Below, in pieces: positions 62,960 to 64,000 of a DNA stretch of 64,000 bases. The number at the start of each line of letters is the position of its first letter. Position 1 is the first letter of the stretch. The stretch lies in NCBI GenBank assembly GCA_963668695.2, contig CAXXLQ010000004.1:2560001-2624000 (forward strand), given 5' to 3'. This DNA comes from Vicinamibacteria bacterium (GTDB lineage: Bacteria; Acidobacteriota; Vicinamibacteria; Marinacidobacterales; Marinacidobacteraceae). The position numbers were made by a program, and so were the translations under genes. Below the pieces are notes generated by a model. It saw only the letters and a list, made by a program, of their open reading frames with translations. It had not been told where the DNA came from and did not search any database.

Positions 62960-64000
62960 CTAGCGATCGTAGCCAGCGACGGGTTCCGTACCCGGAAGGA
63001 AGGCTTCCATGATCGTGTTGGGCCCCCCCTCGGACGGCTGTCCGCTTTCGAGATCCACCGGAACGAGCGCCACTGTGGGTGGCGCCCGGAAGCCGTGCCG
63101 TGGAGGGTCGGGGCGCCCGGTTTCCATGAAACGGATCCAGGCAGGCAGCGCTACCCGGGCGCCGCTTTCGCGTTCTCCCAGCGTCTCGTTTCCGTCGTTG
63201 CCGATCCAGACAGCCGCGGCAATCTCGGGGTCGAAGCCGATGAACCAGGCATCCGTGAACTCGTTCGTGGTGCCGGTCTTGCCGGCGACCGGTCGGCCGA
63301 GCCTGCGTGCTCCTACGGCGGTGCCGCGCGCCACCACGCCCTCGAGCAGGTGGGTGATGACGTACGCAAGATCCGCGGGAATGACCGACGCGGTCTCGGG
63401 ATAGAAGCGCTCCAGCTCCCGCCCGTCGCGGTCCGTGATTCGCGAGACGAAGAACGGCTCCATCCGGACGCCCTGATTGGGAAACGCGCTGTACGCGGAA
63501 ACCATCTCCAGGAGAGTGACGCCGCTCGAGCCGAGGGTGATCGAGAGCACCGGGAGGAGTTCCCCGCGGATCCCCAGCCGGCGCGCGAGCGCGACGACGC
63601 TTTCGGGGCCGATGTCGTGAACCATCCGCACCGCCGGCACGTTGCGCGAACCCTCGAAGGCCTTCCGCATCGTGATCCAGCCGAGGTGTTGGCCGTCGTA
63701 GTTCTGGGGTTCGTAAGGCTCGTCGCTGACCGGATCGATCCAGGTGAAGGGCTCGTCCAGAAGGAGTGAAGTGGGAGCGAGCCGCCCGGTAGCGAGGGCC
63801 GCTCCATAGGCGAACGGCTTGAACGACGACCCTGGCTGCCGGCGCGCCTGGATCGCCCGGTTGAACTCGCTGCGCTCGAAGTCAAACCCGCCGACCACGG
63901 CCCGGATGGCTCCGATCTCGATGTCCAGGGCCAGGAAGGCCCCTTCGGCCAGCGGCTCCTGTTCCAGCCTGACGACGAGGGGCCTTTCCAGGTTGAGGCG
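62960..64000 (-). CDS. Penicillin-binding protein 1A family, C-terminal part (runs off the window)
   Basis: FNRAIQARRQPGSSFKPF (SxxK), SRN and AGKTGTTN motifs. Confidence 0.92.
   Translation of the reverse strand, partial: RLNLERPLVVRLEQEPLAEGAFLALDIEIGAIRAVVGGFDFERSEFNRAIQARRQPGSSFKPFAYGAALATGRLAPTSLLLDEPFTWIDPVSDEPYEPQNYDGQHLGWITMRKAFEGSRNVPAVRMVHDIGPESVVALARRLGIRGELLPVLSITLGSSGVTLLEMVSAYSAFPNQGVRMEPFFVSRITDRDGRELERFYPETASVIPADLAYVITHLLEGVVARGTAVGARRLGRPVAGKTGTTNEFTDAWFIGFDPEIAAAVWIGNDGNETLGERESGARVALPAWIRFMETGRPDPPRHGFRAPPTVALVPVDLESGQPSEGGPNTIMEAFLPGTEPVAGYDR

Overview
GC-rich bacterial chromosomal segment. Gene content and repeat style suggest an Acidobacteria-like organism (inference only). 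The backbone is mostly housekeeping: sucCD-ndk-dcd-dut, a CarD-like gene followed by xseA-xseB-ispA-nadK, tpx, ahcY, rpsT, an Mrp-type antiporter cluster without MrpA, murJ-xerD-tsaC, lon-dnaJ, lemA-TPM-TPM and a partial PBP1A. Three features stand out. (1) Many intergenic gaps hold MITE-like elements with ACAGCCTGTGG-type terminal inverted repeats at YTAR/stop-codon sites, or REP-like hairpins. (2) An 18-19 bp motif, CCC(C)ACCGGGAGAACTGG(CC), occurs about 40 times. It sits at several different positions inside otherwise unrelated repeat families, and empty-site versions are visible in the same window. (3) Small patchwork islands of unrelated gene fragments are bracketed by duplications of host sequence. 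The clearest is a ~655 bp near-identical dcd duplication enclosing a methyltransferase/Excalibur chimera, a frameshifted Cys-rich lipoprotein, two 5' tRNA fragments and an orphan fragment. A triplicated 3' end of a TolB-like gene around a VapBC module is a second example. All calls come from reading the sequence and recognising motifs; no searches were run, and assembly artefacts cannot be excluded.
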